Assembly (NCBI GenBank): GCA_963543155.1
Contig: CAUTZH010000003.1
Location: forward strand, 13,628 to 77,627
DNA: 64,000 bases
DNA from: an uncultured Acholeplasmataceae bacterium
Lineage (GTDB): Bacteria > Bacillota_I > Bacilli_A > Acholeplasmatales > Acholeplasmataceae
Direction of reading: 5' to 3'
Each line of letters begins with the position of its first letter. Position 1 is the first letter of the stretch. The position numbers and the translations under genes are program-made. Shown one piece after another: positions 27,708 to 37,515 of the stretch. The notes beneath the pieces were generated by a model. That model saw only the letters and a program-made list of their open reading frames with translations, did not search any database and was not told the origin of the DNA.

Positions 27708-30700
27708 CTACAACGCCATATACAAAATACATAGAAGCATAATTCGAATAGCCGTCAATAATTGCCCTTGCTGTACCATAAGGATATTCTTTGTTTTCTG
27801 AAGCAACCCACCAATTTTTTTCAAATACTGTTCTAACCATGGATAATCAGTTATATTATCTCCAAATTTAGACAAATCGACTCCTCTATACTTACTAACC
27901 TCTTCTGAGTATTGCCTATTAACTGCTCTGGCATAATCAGTTGCTTCTCTTTTAAGTTTTTTGTATAAACTAGAATCATATGTAGGTTTGACACTAAATT
28001 CACCTTCGTCATATGTAGGCATAAAAGTGTCAACATTTAAAATTTTGCCAATTTCTTTAACCATTGACTTAAAGATAGAATTTTTAACATGATTGTTGCC
28101 AGGTAAACGGGAATTGATATTAAACGGAGTAAAATCAATGATATGTCTAGTAATCCAAGTGTCTCTCTTTGGAATTTTTACAAACACAACATCTTCAAAT
28201 TTATAGTATTTGCCGTTGAATTTTTCATACATATTGTTTTCAGTATCTTTAAAGTAATAGCGTTTGAATTTAATTGTTTCTTCTTTGTTTTTTGGTGTAA
28301 ATTTAAGTTCGCGCTCATCTTCTTTAACAGGTTGAATACCGTTTGGGCTAATAATTTGAGTTTGCGGGTATTTACCTACAGTTCTAGTAAGTTCGTCTAT
28401 GTAGAGTTTTATTCGGTGGTTTTTTATGACTTTTAGATACTTAATTTCATCTTTGGTTTTTAAAACATCATCTAGTTCGATTTTGACAATCAACAGTTCT
28501 TCTGCTTTGTATTTACTATCGTCAATTTCACCGTGTTCAGCACCATGTAAAAACGTTTTATCAGCAATATGACTTGAATGACCAATAGCTCTGTATTCAA
28601 CAGTATGAGTTATACGGTTAAAATGAACAACTACTTTGTTTTGCTCTTCATCCACACTAACAACTAAACGTCTTCTGCTAAATATAGGTGATTTATATGT
28701 CGTCTCATCTGGGTTTTTGTATGTGGCATAGTGAGTTTGACCAATTTTTCCATATATAATTTCTGTTTTTTCATCATACTCACCGTCTACTTTTTGAGTT
28801 CTGATGGTGTATGTAATTTTTCTGTCTTGCACATCAGTCTGCGCGAATATTTGCAGATTACTATCACCTGCGATAAACTCACTTTGAGTAGTTCCAGTTT
28901 CAGATAAACTCCAACCAACAAATTTATATAGGTCTTTTAATTCATACTCTGGTAATACGATTCTTCTAGTTTTTTTAACTTTAATAGTTTCTGCTGTTTT
29001 AAAGTTTTTAATACCTTCAGTTTTCTTAAATTCAACGCTAATTTCTCTTAACTTATAGTATTGGCGAACTTCAGTTGTGTTGTCACCTGCTGAAAGTTGT
29101 GCATACAGCACATTATCAGGACGTGTTGTGTCTTTTTCATATAAGTTAGAGTCAAGAGCATAGTAATCACGGTAAGTTGCGCCGTCTTCTACTTTTTGAT
29201 TTGAAACAATTTCTGGAACTTCATCATATTTACCATCTAAAGAGCTGTATTTTCCTTGTTTTTCTAGTTTATGGACAATTTTATAGCGAACTGTTTCAAT
29301 TGTTTCTTTAAAGTATGCAACTAAAGTGAGATTATTAGTTACCTTGCTTAAAAAGTCGTAAGCGTTTTGTTCTGAGTAGGTTCCATTCATTGAAACTTCG
29401 GTTTGCCAGTGAATAAACTGATAAGTTCTGCCGTGTCTTGAAATAGTTGGGACTTGAGGTTGCTCAACCTTTCCTTCATACCTAACTTTTTGGGTTTGTG
29501 GAACTGGTGAAACAGTACCATCAAATTGGTTTTTGTAGTTAACTACAAAGTTAACATCAAACTCTCGGCGCTGATAAATTATTTCAAAAACAGTAGTTCC
29601 GTCTGCTTTTATAATTTCGCTTTGAGGCGGGATTTGTGCAATAAACCCGTTTTTGTTGTAACTACTGTATTCATGAGAGTTGTTTAGTTGGACTACTGAA
29701 TTAGTTTTAGCGGTCTCAACAGTTGTCTTTATATCATCTGGAATGTTGTCTTTTTCAATTCCTTTAAAGACGTGTCGAATTGTATAAGTAGTTTCAGCTG
29801 GCTCAAATACAGCCCAAACTTCTTTAGTGCCACGCTCAAAGTAAATGGTTTCAGCAGGGTTGCCTTCTGCTTTTGCCCAACCTACAAACTTCCAACCTTT
29901 TTTTACACTTTGTTGTGGATTAAAGTCAAACTTTGTTCCAACTTTACCATTTTGTGGTCTCCATGCACTTGCGTCTGCCTTATCTGTATCGCCAGCAGAT
30001 AATTTAGGAATTATTGTAGCTTGTGCGTCTTTTTCTGTGAACACTGGTTTGATTTTAATGTTTTGATTGTAAGCTAAGTTTTCATTAAAGTCTTGACCAG
30101 TTGTAGTTTCAACTAGTCTATCAAAAACATAATCGCTTGTAGCAGTTTGTTGCTTTTGGACTAACTTCATTTTGGCAATCAAATCACTTGGCACAGTTTG
30201 CGAATATTTTAAGGTAAGTATTTGTTTAAGTTCTGGCGAAACAGACGCTGGAACTAAATCAGTTCTGTCAAACTCAACTGTGTAAGTTTTTGCTTTAAAG
30301 TAAACTGTTATATAGTGTTTTTCTAAAGAAGTAGTTATTCTGACTTCTGTTGTAGAATTTGCTATGTCAAAGTTAGTTTCATGATAAGGACGAGGGTTAT
30401 TAGCAAGATATTGATTCAAGATATCTTTGACATCTTGATCTGAAAACTTCGCAGTATCACCAATTTCTCTTTGTTTTGCAAGCTGTCTTTCAACAACTGT
30501 GTCTGTTTGCTCATTTATCTTTTCCCAAATCATTTTAAGATAAACTGGACGGGTAGCAGTTGCTTCGGTCCAAGTTGCTTTAAGGTTTAGGTTTTTAGTA
30601 ACTTTTAAGTTTTTAGAAAAATCTACAATTTCTCCAGTTTCTATATTTTGCCAGCCTGCAAAAGTGTAAGTTTTAATTTGAGTTGGATCTGTTTTTTTAG

Positions 30701-32999
30701 GATGTTCAATATCTCTTAAATTTTCTTCAAATTTATAAGATTCAGCGCTTTTGCTTTCTCCGTTTAAAGTACCACCGTTGTAGTCATACTCAACCGAGTA
30801 AACTTTTCTTTCATATGTTAAAGTAAAAATAGTCTGGCCATTTGCGTTAATTGTTTTAGTTTCGTTTACTGGCTGAACTTCAAAACCTTCTCTTGTGCGG
30901 GCATCTGCTTCAGTTACTGTAACTTGTGAGCCAACTTGTGCTTGTTTAACTTCGGTTTCAACGATATCTTGAATTGAACCAAAACCCTTGTAGACATGTT
31001 TGATAGTGTAGTTTACCCTGTCAACTTTTTCTTCAAAATAAGCAACTAAAGTTGTGTTTTTAGTAATTTTGGTGTTAGCAAAATCAAACTCATTAACCTC
31101 TTTATAAACATTGCCCATCTCGTCTTTAAGTTGCCAATGTTTAAAGGTATAGGTATATCCTGGTTTAGTAATAGTAGGGTTTGTTGGTCTAGTTAATTTA
31201 CCTTCATACACAACAGTTTGGCTAGGTTCACTAGAAGTAGAGACTCCTTTAAAATGATTCCCGCTATAGTTAACTTCAAAGTCAACTTTGTAGCGGTTTC
31301 TTTTGTATTTAAGTTCAAATACCGTAGTTCCATCTTTTTTAATTTTCTTTTTTAGCACACTAGAATTGTCTAAAGCAAAGCCGTAAGGTGCATTGGTTTG
31401 AGTTGGCGACAACTCAACTTCTTGCCCTGGAGTTTGACCTTCAACAATCTCTTCATTTGTTTTGTCTTCAACAAAGTTACCAGCTTGGTCTACAGATTCA
31501 AAATATTTTTTAATTATGTATTTAGTTGTTGGTAAAACTCTTTTTCGCATAACAGCTTCAAGAGTAATGTCTTCGGTAATTGGAGTATTGAAGTCATATC
31601 TAGTGCGAACACCAGTTACTGGATCTACTAAATTCCAGTAATCCAGTTCAAGTAAATCACCATTGGCATCAAGCGCTGTCACAATTGATGGAGTTAAGTA
31701 ATTAGTTTCTAATTTTTGGCCGTGTGCTCGCTTTGTCGGAAGCAACTGATTGGCGTCATGCGGAGTAATAAAGTTTACTGTGTGATATTTAATTGGTTTT
31801 TCTGGTTTAGGTTGATTTTGCTTAATTGATTTTAAGTAAAGTATGGTGTGAGTGTTTGCAAGTTCCTTAGTAAAGTCTACTTTTTCAGTTAACGCGCTGT
31901 CCTTATACCAACCAGCGTAGGCATACCCTTCTTTTTGATAAACGTGTTCCTTTAGCGGACTTCCTTTTTTAACAATATCAAAAAATACTCTTTCAACTCC
32001 ATCAAAGTAAGAAACCGCAACTAGACCTTGTTTGTCTAGCTCTGGTCCTATCTTGTTGGTGACTGTAGTGATGTCATATCTAGCAATTAGTATAAGTTCA
32101 TATTTTACCCATTTTGGAATTTCAAACTCTTGGCCTGGATTTAAATCTACACGGTTACCAGCTGGGTCAATGTAGTACCAACCAAGGAACTTAGAAATAT
32201 AGAAAGGAGGAGTATTAAACTGAATTTCGTGTCCTTGTTTTTCAGGGTCTAGAGTTTTTGCTTTACCAACAGTTTTGTCAACAAGGTCATATACTTGAGT
32301 TTTTTGTGTTTGGTTTTTAAAAATACCTGGTAAAACAAAATCGTAAACTAAAGAAATATGTGTATTGTTGTTAACGATAAATGCTCGACCTTTTGCGTTT
32401 TCTTTGGTGAAAACCTCTTCTTTACTTACAGATTGTCCGCTAGCGATACCATCTTTACCAAACGCCACAAAACCTTTCATTTTATAGAGTTCTTCATATA
32501 TATGTTTGTATTCAGTTTGTAATTTAGAGTAAGGAAGAATTATCGGTTTGCGTGGAACTGTGCCGTCTTGTGATTCTGGGAATAATACACGAAGAAAGTT
32601 AGAGTAATCTACGATAACATCGTGTTCTCTTTTAATTCCAAACCAGTTTTTAGTGTAAATTGTAAAAACTTCAGAATCGTATTCGCGGTCTGTAAAATCT
32701 AGGGCTAAGTATTTTTTGGGTTTGGCTTTGATATCGGTAATTTTGCCCATTCTGCTAGTTGTAAACCAGTCTTGCTTAACAGAAATAAAAGTGGATTTAG
32801 TTACATCAACAGTTTCAGGCACCACAAAACGCAGTTTATTTTTACCTGCTTTAACGCCATCGTGTTGAGAAAAACCACTGGCTTTAGAAAAATAAACGTC
32901 AGGATGAATAAATAAAAAAATCAAAAATAGTGTTGTTAAAGTTAAAATTAGGATAAGTAAACCAGATATTAAATACCCATTTTTTTTGTTAATCTTCAT
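27708..32999 (-). CDS. Giant signal-anchored surface protein with alternating MucBP-like and Listeria-Bacteroides-type repeat modules
   Basis: ORF 27708-33041. Start preferred at ATG 32999 ('MKINKKNGYLISGLLILIL'), 6 nt after a GGAGG. Recurrent modules of two kinds: 'Y.V.F....G.......Y.G.....P..P...GYTF.GW' and 'YTI+H.......'. The C-terminal reading frame is doubtful (see findings). Confidence 0.8.
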   Translation of the reverse strand: MKINKKNGYLISGLLILILTLTTLFLIFLFIHPDVYFSKASGFSQHDGVKAGKNKLRFVVPETVDVTKSTFISVKQDWFTTSRMGKITDIKAKPKKYLALDFTDREYDSEVFTIYTKNWFGIKREHDVIVDYSNFLRVLFPESQDGTVPRKPIILPYSKLQTEYKHIYEELYKMKGFVAFGKDGIASGQSVSKEEVFTKENAKGRAFIVNNNTHISLVYDFVLPGIFKNQTQKTQVYDLVDKTVGKAKTLDPEKQGHEIQFNTPPFYISKFLGWYYIDPAGNRVDLNPGQEFEIPKWVKYELILIARYDITTVTNKIGPELDKQGLVAVSYFDGVERVFFDIVKKGSPLKEHVYQKEGYAYAGWYKDSALTEKVDFTKELANTHTILYLKSIKQNQPKPEKPIKYHTVNFITPHDANQLLPTKRAHGQKLETNYLTPSIVTALDANGDLLELDYWNLVDPVTGVRTRYDFNTPITEDITLEAVMRKRVLPTTKYIIKKYFESVDQAGNFVEDKTNEEIVEGQTPGQEVELSPTQTNAPYGFALDNSSVLKKKIKKDGTTVFELKYKRNRYKVDFEVNYSGNHFKGVSTSSEPSQTVVYEGKLTRPTNPTITKPGYTYTFKHWQLKDEMGNVYKEVNEFDFANTKITKNTTLVAYFEEKVDRVNYTIKHVYKGFGSIQDIVETEVKQAQVGSQVTVTEADARTREGFEVQPVNETKTINANGQTIFTLTYERKVYSVEYDYNGGTLNGESKSAESYKFEENLRDIEHPKKTDPTQIKTYTFAGWQNIETGEIVDFSKNLKVTKNLNLKATWTEATATRPVYLKMIWEKINEQTDTVVERQLAKQREIGDTAKFSDQDVKDILNQYLANNPRPYHETNFDIANSTTEVRITTSLEKHYITVYFKAKTYTVEFDRTDLVPASVSPELKQILTLKYSQTVPSDLIAKMKLVQKQQTATSDYVFDRLVETTTGQDFNENLAYNQNIKIKPVFTEKDAQATIIPKLSAGDTDKADASAWRPQNGKVGTKFDFNPQQSVKKGWKFVGWAKAEGNPAETIYFERGTKEVWAVFEPAETTYTIRHVFKGIEKDNIPDDIKTTVETAKTNSVVQLNNSHEYSSYNKNGFIAQIPPQSEIIKADGTTVFEIIYQRREFDVNFVVNYKNQFDGTVSPVPQTQKVRYEGKVEQPQVPTISRHGRTYQFIHWQTEVSMNGTYSEQNAYDFLSKVTNNLTLVAYFKETIETVRYKIVHKLEKQGKYSSLDGKYDEVPEIVSNQKVEDGATYRDYYALDSNLYEKDTTRPDNVLYAQLSAGDNTTEVRQYYKLREISVEFKKTEGIKNFKTAETIKVKKTRRIVLPEYELKDLYKFVGWSLSETGTTQSEFIAGDSNLQIFAQTDVQDRKITYTIRTQKVDGEYDEKTEIIYGKIGQTHYATYKNPDETTYKSPIFSRRRLVVSVDEEQNKVVVHFNRITHTVEYRAIGHSSHIADKTFLHGAEHGEIDDSKYKAEELLIVKIELDDVLKTKDEIKYLKVIKNHRIKLYIDELTRTVGKYPQTQIISPNGIQPVKEDERELKFTPKNKEETIKFKRYYFKDTENNMYEKFNGKYYKFEDVVFVKIPKRDTWITRHIIDFTPFNINSRLPGNNHVKNSIFKSMVKEIGKILNVDTFMPTYDEGEFSVKPTYDSSLYKKLKREATDYARAVNRQYSEEVSKYRGVDLSKFGDNITDYPWLEQYLKKIGGLLQKTKNILMVQQGQLLTAIRIMLLCILYMAL

Positions 33000-33219
33000 G
33001 TATATCCTCCATAAATATAGGAAAATAGAAATAAATTTCAATTTTCTAATAATATTATATTAAAATACAAGTGTGCAATAGATATACAGGTTTGATTGGT
33101 TTTAAATATTTCAATTTAAAAGCCTTATAAGCGCGTTTTAACAGTTTTTTTACTTTTTAATTCAAATAAGTCTTTTTGTTTACTTTATCAAACTAAGTAT
33201 TAAGAAGTATTTTTGAACC

Positions 33220-33235
33220 AAAAAAAAAAAAAAAA
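33220..33235. repeat. Homopolymer A16 (T16 on the minus strand)
   Basis: 16 consecutive A, ~220 nt upstream of the giant surface-protein gene, next to a weak AT-rich hairpin (cgatttta...ttaaatcg). Confidence 0.95.
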
Positions 33236-33406
33236 CGATTTTAAACAAGTTAAATCGCTTAATAAGACTATTTAGTTTATTTATCATAAACAACTTATTT
33301 TAATTTTTAAGTGTTCAGATTGTTTGAGACCTTAAATGATTTAAAAAAATTATCTGTGGTGTGTTTATTTTTGCATTTTTTGTCTCTCTTGAGTTTGCTA
33401 TGAAAT

Positions 33407-33439
33407 AAATTAACCCACAGTATTGCTGTGGGTTAATTT
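33407..33439 (-). terminator. Terminator of obg
   Basis: 14-bp stem aaattaacccacag / ctgtgggttaattt with loop tattg, immediately after the obg stop. Confidence 0.7.
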
Positions 33440-34696
33440 TTAGATTATAAAGTCAAAGTAAAAATCTTTTATGCGAACAACATCGCCATTTTTAGCGCCG
33501 TGTTCAAGCAGGGCTTCGTCAACTCCAAGTGACCTTAGTTGATAGGCAAAGCGTTTAACTGAAGAGTCGTTGTTAAAATCAACCTTGTAAAAAAGGTCAA
33601 AAATCATTTTACCTTCAATAACAAAACAATTTTCTTCTCTCTTAACTGCAAATAAATTGTTTTGGGTTTTTTCGGCTTTTGGTTTTAACTCAGTTTGAGT
33701 TTGCGTGTATACAGGTTCTGTAAGTGGTTTTACTCTAGATAAAACCAAGTCCATTTTAGCAATAACTTTGCTTGAGTCTAAGTAGTTTTTTGTAGAAATC
33801 ACGACTTTTGGTTTGTTTTTAAAACATTTAAGTGCTTCGTCTATTGTTGCCTGAACCACTAAGTCTGCTTTGTTTAAAATAATTAACTCTTTTTTCTTAA
33901 CTAATTGTTTTGAGTATTTTTTGAGTTCTGCCTTGATTTGCAAGTAAGCGGTTTTCGGGTCCTTAGTTAAATCCAAAACATGGGCAAGTACTTTGCAGCG
34001 CTCAATGTGGCGAAGAAAAGTAAAACCTAGACCTTCGCCAAGATGCGCATTTTCAATAATTCCCGGGATATCGCAAACTACAAAGTCTTTTTCTTTAGTT
34101 GAAACTACCCCTAGGTTTGGAATAAGCGTGGTAAACTCGTAATCCGCAATTTTGGGGTTAGCCCTGGAAATTAAGGCTAGGGTTGAAGATTTTCCAACAT
34201 TTGGAAAACCAACCAAGCCAATGTCTGCGATGTACTTTAAAATTAGTTTTGCTTGAACCTCTTCGCCAGGAAGGCCGTTTTCAGCGTAATCTGGGGCTTG
34301 ATTTCGGTTAGACTTAAAGGATTTGTTGCCCCGACCTCCGCGGCCGCCATGTGCCACAATAAACTCATCTTTATCGGTCAAAACTTCAAAAATTAACTGA
34401 CTGTCTACCCAAACTTGTGTGCCAAGTGGTACTCTGACCACGGTGTTTTCGCCGTTTTTACCATTGCAAGACTTCTCAGCTCCGTTTTGGCCGCCTTGCG
34501 CCTTAATTAAATTATTGTTTTTAAACCAAAGTAGGTTATTCAGTGCACTGTCACCAATGATTACAACTGATCCTCCGTTTCCACCGTTTCCACCAGCAGG
34601 TCCACCAAACTCCACATACTTTTCTCGCCTAAAGGCAACTTTTCCGTTTCCGCCTTGGCCAGCTTTAAAAACCACTTTCACTTCATCTACTAACAT
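33440..34696 (-). CDS. obg: GTPase Obg/CgtA
   Basis: 418 aa. Gly-rich Obg fold ('GGNGGNGGS', 'GGRGGRGN'), G1 'GFPNVGKSS', G3 'DIPG', and a C-terminal OCT-like domain. Confidence 0.95.
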   Translation of the reverse strand: MLVDEVKVVFKAGQGGNGKVAFRREKYVEFGGPAGGNGGNGGSVVIIGDSALNNLLWFKNNNLIKAQGGQNGAEKSCNGKNGENTVVRVPLGTQVWVDSQLIFEVLTDKDEFIVAHGGRGGRGNKSFKSNRNQAPDYAENGLPGEEVQAKLILKYIADIGLVGFPNVGKSSTLALISRANPKIADYEFTTLIPNLGVVSTKEKDFVVCDIPGIIENAHLGEGLGFTFLRHIERCKVLAHVLDLTKDPKTAYLQIKAELKKYSKQLVKKKELIILNKADLVVQATIDEALKCFKNKPKVVISTKNYLDSSKVIAKMDLVLSRVKPLTEPVYTQTQTELKPKAEKTQNNLFAVKREENCFVIEGKMIFDLFYKVDFNNDSSVKRFAYQLRSLGVDEALLEHGAKNGDVVRIKDFYFDFII

Positions 34697-34745
34697 ACTT
34701 TTTTTCCTTTAATATTAAAAAAGGTAACTAAGTTAGTTACCTTGG

Positions 34746-35027
34746 TTATTTAGCGTAGACAGAAACTTGTTTTTTAGTTCTGCTGATGCGTTCAAATTTC
34801 ACAATTCCAGAAATTAAGGCAAACAATGTATCGTCGCCACCTTTTCCGACATTGTTACCAGGATGCACCTTGGTACCGCGTTGACGGTAGATTATTGAGC
34901 CTGCTTGGCAATATTGACCATCTGATAACTTAGCACCTAAGCGTTTAGAAATGGAATCGCGTCCGTTTTTAGTAGAACCCACCCCTTTTTTAGATGCGAA
35001 TAACTGTAAATTTATGAGTAATAGCAT
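34746..35027 (-). CDS. rpmA: 50S ribosomal protein L27 with N-terminal propeptide
   Basis: [10 protein letters not shown]|[15 protein letters not shown]... Firmicutes-type extension ending at the F|A Prp cleavage site. Confidence 0.95.
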   Translation of the reverse strand: MLLLINLQLFASKKGVGSTKNGRDSISKRLGAKLSDGQYCQAGSIIYRQRGTKVHPGNNVGKGGDDTLFALISGIVKFERISRTKKQVSVYAK

Positions 35028-35029
35028 TT

Positions 35030-35326
35030 TTATTCCTCCTTGATGTTTAAAGGATATTGTCTAGACATATCCTTAAGAGTATAAACTAAGTTTTTAAAAA
35101 CAGCCTCAGTTGCTTTGCTAGACTTCGTGATTTTAAAACTAAATTCGGCTTCAGTTAATTTATACTCAATGTTTTTGGTTTCTTTTAGAAACTCAAGTAA
35201 ATTGATGTGAGATTGAAACAAAACAGAAACTCCGGCGCAAACTATATCTTGGCCAAAAGGTCCTGCCTCTGCGTGGCCTTTTGCGCTTATGCTCTGCTTT
35301 AATTCATCTACATTGAACTTAATCAA
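35030..35326 (-). CDS. Ribosomal-processing cysteine protease Prp
   Basis: 98 aa; '[20 protein letters not shown]' carries the His/Cys dyad. Lies between rplU and rpmA. Confidence 0.85.
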   Translation of the reverse strand: MIKFNVDELKQSISAKGHAEAGPFGQDIVCAGVSVLFQSHINLLEFLKETKNIEYKLTEAEFSFKITKSSKATEAVFKNLVYTLKDMSRQYPLNIKEE

Positions 35327-35340
35327 GTAATTAGTTGCGT

Positions 35341-35652
35341 TTAGGCAACAACGATGTCTTCAACCAAAACTTCTGTGTATGGTTGTCTGTGACCTTTTTT
35401 AACTTTATCATTGTTTTTATCTTTGTATTTAAAAACGATGACTTTCTTTTGTTTACCGTGGCGAAGCACTTTAGCGACAACTTTAGCGCCCTTAACATAA
35501 GGTGCACCAACTTTAACTTTATCGCCAGAAACAAGTAGCACTTCCTTAAACTCAACAGTTTCGTCAACTGCGTTTTCAAGTTTTTCTAAAAACAATTTTT
35601 GTCCTTTTTCGGCTTTAAATTGTTTGCCACCTTTAGCAAATATAGCGTACAT
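35341..35652 (-). CDS. rplU: 50S ribosomal protein L21
   Basis: Start moved to ATG 35652 ('MYAIFAKGGKQFKAEKG'), 5 nt behind AAGGAGG. The ORF-track start at 35691 adds a non-conserved extension. Confidence 0.9.
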   Translation of the reverse strand: MYAIFAKGGKQFKAEKGQKLFLEKLENAVDETVEFKEVLLVSGDKVKVGAPYVKGAKVVAKVLRHGKQKKVIVFKYKDKNNDKVKKGHRQPYTEVLVEDIVVA

Positions 35653-35775
35653 ATTTTCCTCCTTAAAAGACTCACTATGAAAGTAATGCAAATAAGCATA
35701 TTTAAAAACTTTTTCTATGTGGTAATAACAATTAATGTTAACACATTTGTGCGTTTTTTACCATTAAAACGCTAG

Positions 35776-37440
35776 TTAGCGAATTACTGAAATTATCGCG
35801 TTAACTATTGGGTTTTTGCGTTTTTTGGTGTAAATAAAGTTAGCAATGTGTTGGCGAAGTTGTTTCTTTAAGTCGTTTAGTTGCAGACCACGTTCGCCTA
35901 CTTTTGCATGGAAATTTACTAAAAAGGTCTTAGCGCTTTCAGTAATTTCTGAAATAAAGTCTGCATCCCGAGAAAAGCCTTTTGAAAATATATTAAAGTC
36001 ACCGTGAACTCTTCGGTCTTGAAACGAATATCTAAAGGCCAAGATAAAAATCCCGTCTTCAGCCAAATAAGCGCGTTCTTTGACGATAATATCGTTATTT
36101 TCGTCAATTGGCACCTCATCGATTAGTTTATCTGCAGCCGGCAACTCTTTTTTAGAGACAAAACCAGTTTTTTTGTTAAAGTGTGCGATGTCTCCGTTTT
36201 CCATTATCAAAATGTTTTTTTCCTTAAACCCAAAAGTTATTAAGGTCTCTTTTAGTTTAACTTGTTGGCTATACTCACCACGCAAAGGAATAATATAACG
36301 GGGATTTAAAAGCGAAAGCATAAAAGAAATGTCGGTGCTTGAAGCCAGGTCGTGGACAATTAAATTAGGCTTGTAGTAAGTTTTGCACTCTGTTTTAAAA
36401 AGTTCATCCAAAGTTGCTGCAAACATTGTCTCAACCCCTGGAATTGGTTTCATTAAAATACAAACTGCATCTTCCTTTGAAAGCGTTTGGCGGGGATTTT
36501 TAGACTTCGCGATGCTTTGTAGTTTAATAAGCGGTGTATTTAAGTTACCAGGGATAATCATGACGACATTCTGTATCCCGTTTTCATATACGTGTTTTTG
36601 TGAAACTAAAGATTTTAAATCAAGCGACAGGTAGCCTTTTTTAATTAAAGGAAGCAGTTTCATAAAAGATTTGCGGCTAGAGAAGCAAATTTTTCTATCT
36701 AAGCGCTCAGCCCAAGTAATAATTTCTTGAATTCGCTTAATGTCGGTGTCTGCGACTGCAAAAAACAATCTGCCTTCAGTGTTTTTAAAAACAGTGGTTA
36801 AAAACGCTTGGTATTTGTCTTGAGTGTATGAAGTGGTAAACTGAGAAACACCTGAACAGTCTGGAAGTAAGGCCAAAGTGTCTTTTGCCAAAGCGGCTTC
36901 CATTAGTGCGGAGAACTCAGTTTGGTAAAGTGGATGTGGGGTTTTGTTTAAAGAAAAAGAACCTGTGTAAATGATTTTGCCAAGTTCAGTCTGAGCAATG
37001 ATACCCACGCTTTCAGGAAGCGCTGAACTTGTGAAATAAAAAGAAAAAGAACAGTCTTTAAAATTGGCTTTAGTTCCTTTTTTAATTTCTCTAAACTCAA
37101 TTTCGGAAGCATCTATATCAGGAGTATCTTCTAAAGTTTGTTTAATTTGGTGAATAGTTAGCTCAGTTGCGTAAACTGGTACCTTGATTTGTTTTAGTAA
37201 AAAAGGCAAGGCTCCAATGTTTTCGTCTTTAAAAGACGACAAAAATATACCCTCAATTTGGTCTTTGTGTGGCAGCAGAGTTGAATAGTCTGCGATAATT
37301 GAGTCAATTCCAAACTGTTGTTGAGTTGGGTATTTTAGCCCTGCGTCTAAAATAAAGATAGAACGATTGACTTGTAGGCAGAAGAAGTTTTTGCCAATTT
37401 CTCCAAATCCACCAAGCCCAAAAATTTTAATATTAGTAAT
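35776..37440 (-). CDS. RNase J-family paralog with degenerate catalytic motifs; non-ATG (ATT) start inferred
   Basis: The track ORF starts at TTG 37242, but the frame stays open up to 37449. The extra N-terminus reads '..IKIFGLGGFGEIGKNFFCLQVNRSIFILDAGLKYP', the conserved RNase J N-terminus. Only ATT codons (37443, 37440, 37434) are available as starts after the GAGG. Total length is ~554 aa, typical for RNase J. Confidence 0.7.
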   Translation of the reverse strand: MTNIKIFGLGGFGEIGKNFFCLQVNRSIFILDAGLKYPTQQQFGIDSIIADYSTLLPHKDQIEGIFLSSFKDENIGALPFLLKQIKVPVYATELTIHQIKQTLEDTPDIDASEIEFREIKKGTKANFKDCSFSFYFTSSALPESVGIIAQTELGKIIYTGSFSLNKTPHPLYQTEFSALMEAALAKDTLALLPDCSGVSQFTTSYTQDKYQAFLTTVFKNTEGRLFFAVADTDIKRIQEIITWAERLDRKICFSSRKSFMKLLPLIKKGYLSLDLKSLVSQKHVYENGIQNVVMIIPGNLNTPLIKLQSIAKSKNPRQTLSKEDAVCILMKPIPGVETMFAATLDELFKTECKTYYKPNLIVHDLASSTDISFMLSLLNPRYIIPLRGEYSQQVKLKETLITFGFKEKNILIMENGDIAHFNKKTGFVSKKELPAADKLIDEVPIDENNDIIVKERAYLAEDGIFILAFRYSFQDRRVHGDFNIFSKGFSRDADFISEITESAKTFLVNFHAKVGERGLQLNDLKKQLRQHIANFIYTKKRKNPIVNAIISVIR

Positions 37441-37478
37441 AATACACCTCGTTTAAATAATTTTTTTAAATTTAATTT

Positions 37479-37515
37479 ATTTATCTTTGTATTTTCCTTA
37501 AAAATAAAGATAAAT
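37479..37515 (-). promoter_or_regulatory. 5'-leader hairpin of the RNase J-like gene, with an extended -10 upstream
   Basis: Perfect 10-bp stem atttatcttt / aaagataaat, downstream of a minus-strand TGgTAAAAT (~37.54 kb). Confidence 0.4.

Noticed and set aside
35331-35691. Alternative ORFs (35331-35579 minus, 35335-35538 plus) and the long 35691 start for rplU
   Set aside because: The L21 sequence starts at MYAIFAKGGKQ, directly behind AAGGAGG. The other frames are K/L-rich shadows.
35653-35775. Ribosomal-protein leader (L21-leader type) RNA upstream of rplU
   Set aside because: It is plausible from the known biology of Firmicutes rplU operons, but I could not identify a convincing conserved structure by eye in these 120 nt. 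A covariance-model scan is needed.
35776-37440. The degenerate RNase J-like gene directly downstream of the SMC-like operon as a surrogate JetD effector
   Set aside because: It is separated from the ATPase gene by a strong terminator and has its own promoter. Its nuclease ligands are lost, and it sits in the conserved rplU-prp-rpmA-obg neighbourhood. Adjacency is more likely coincidental.
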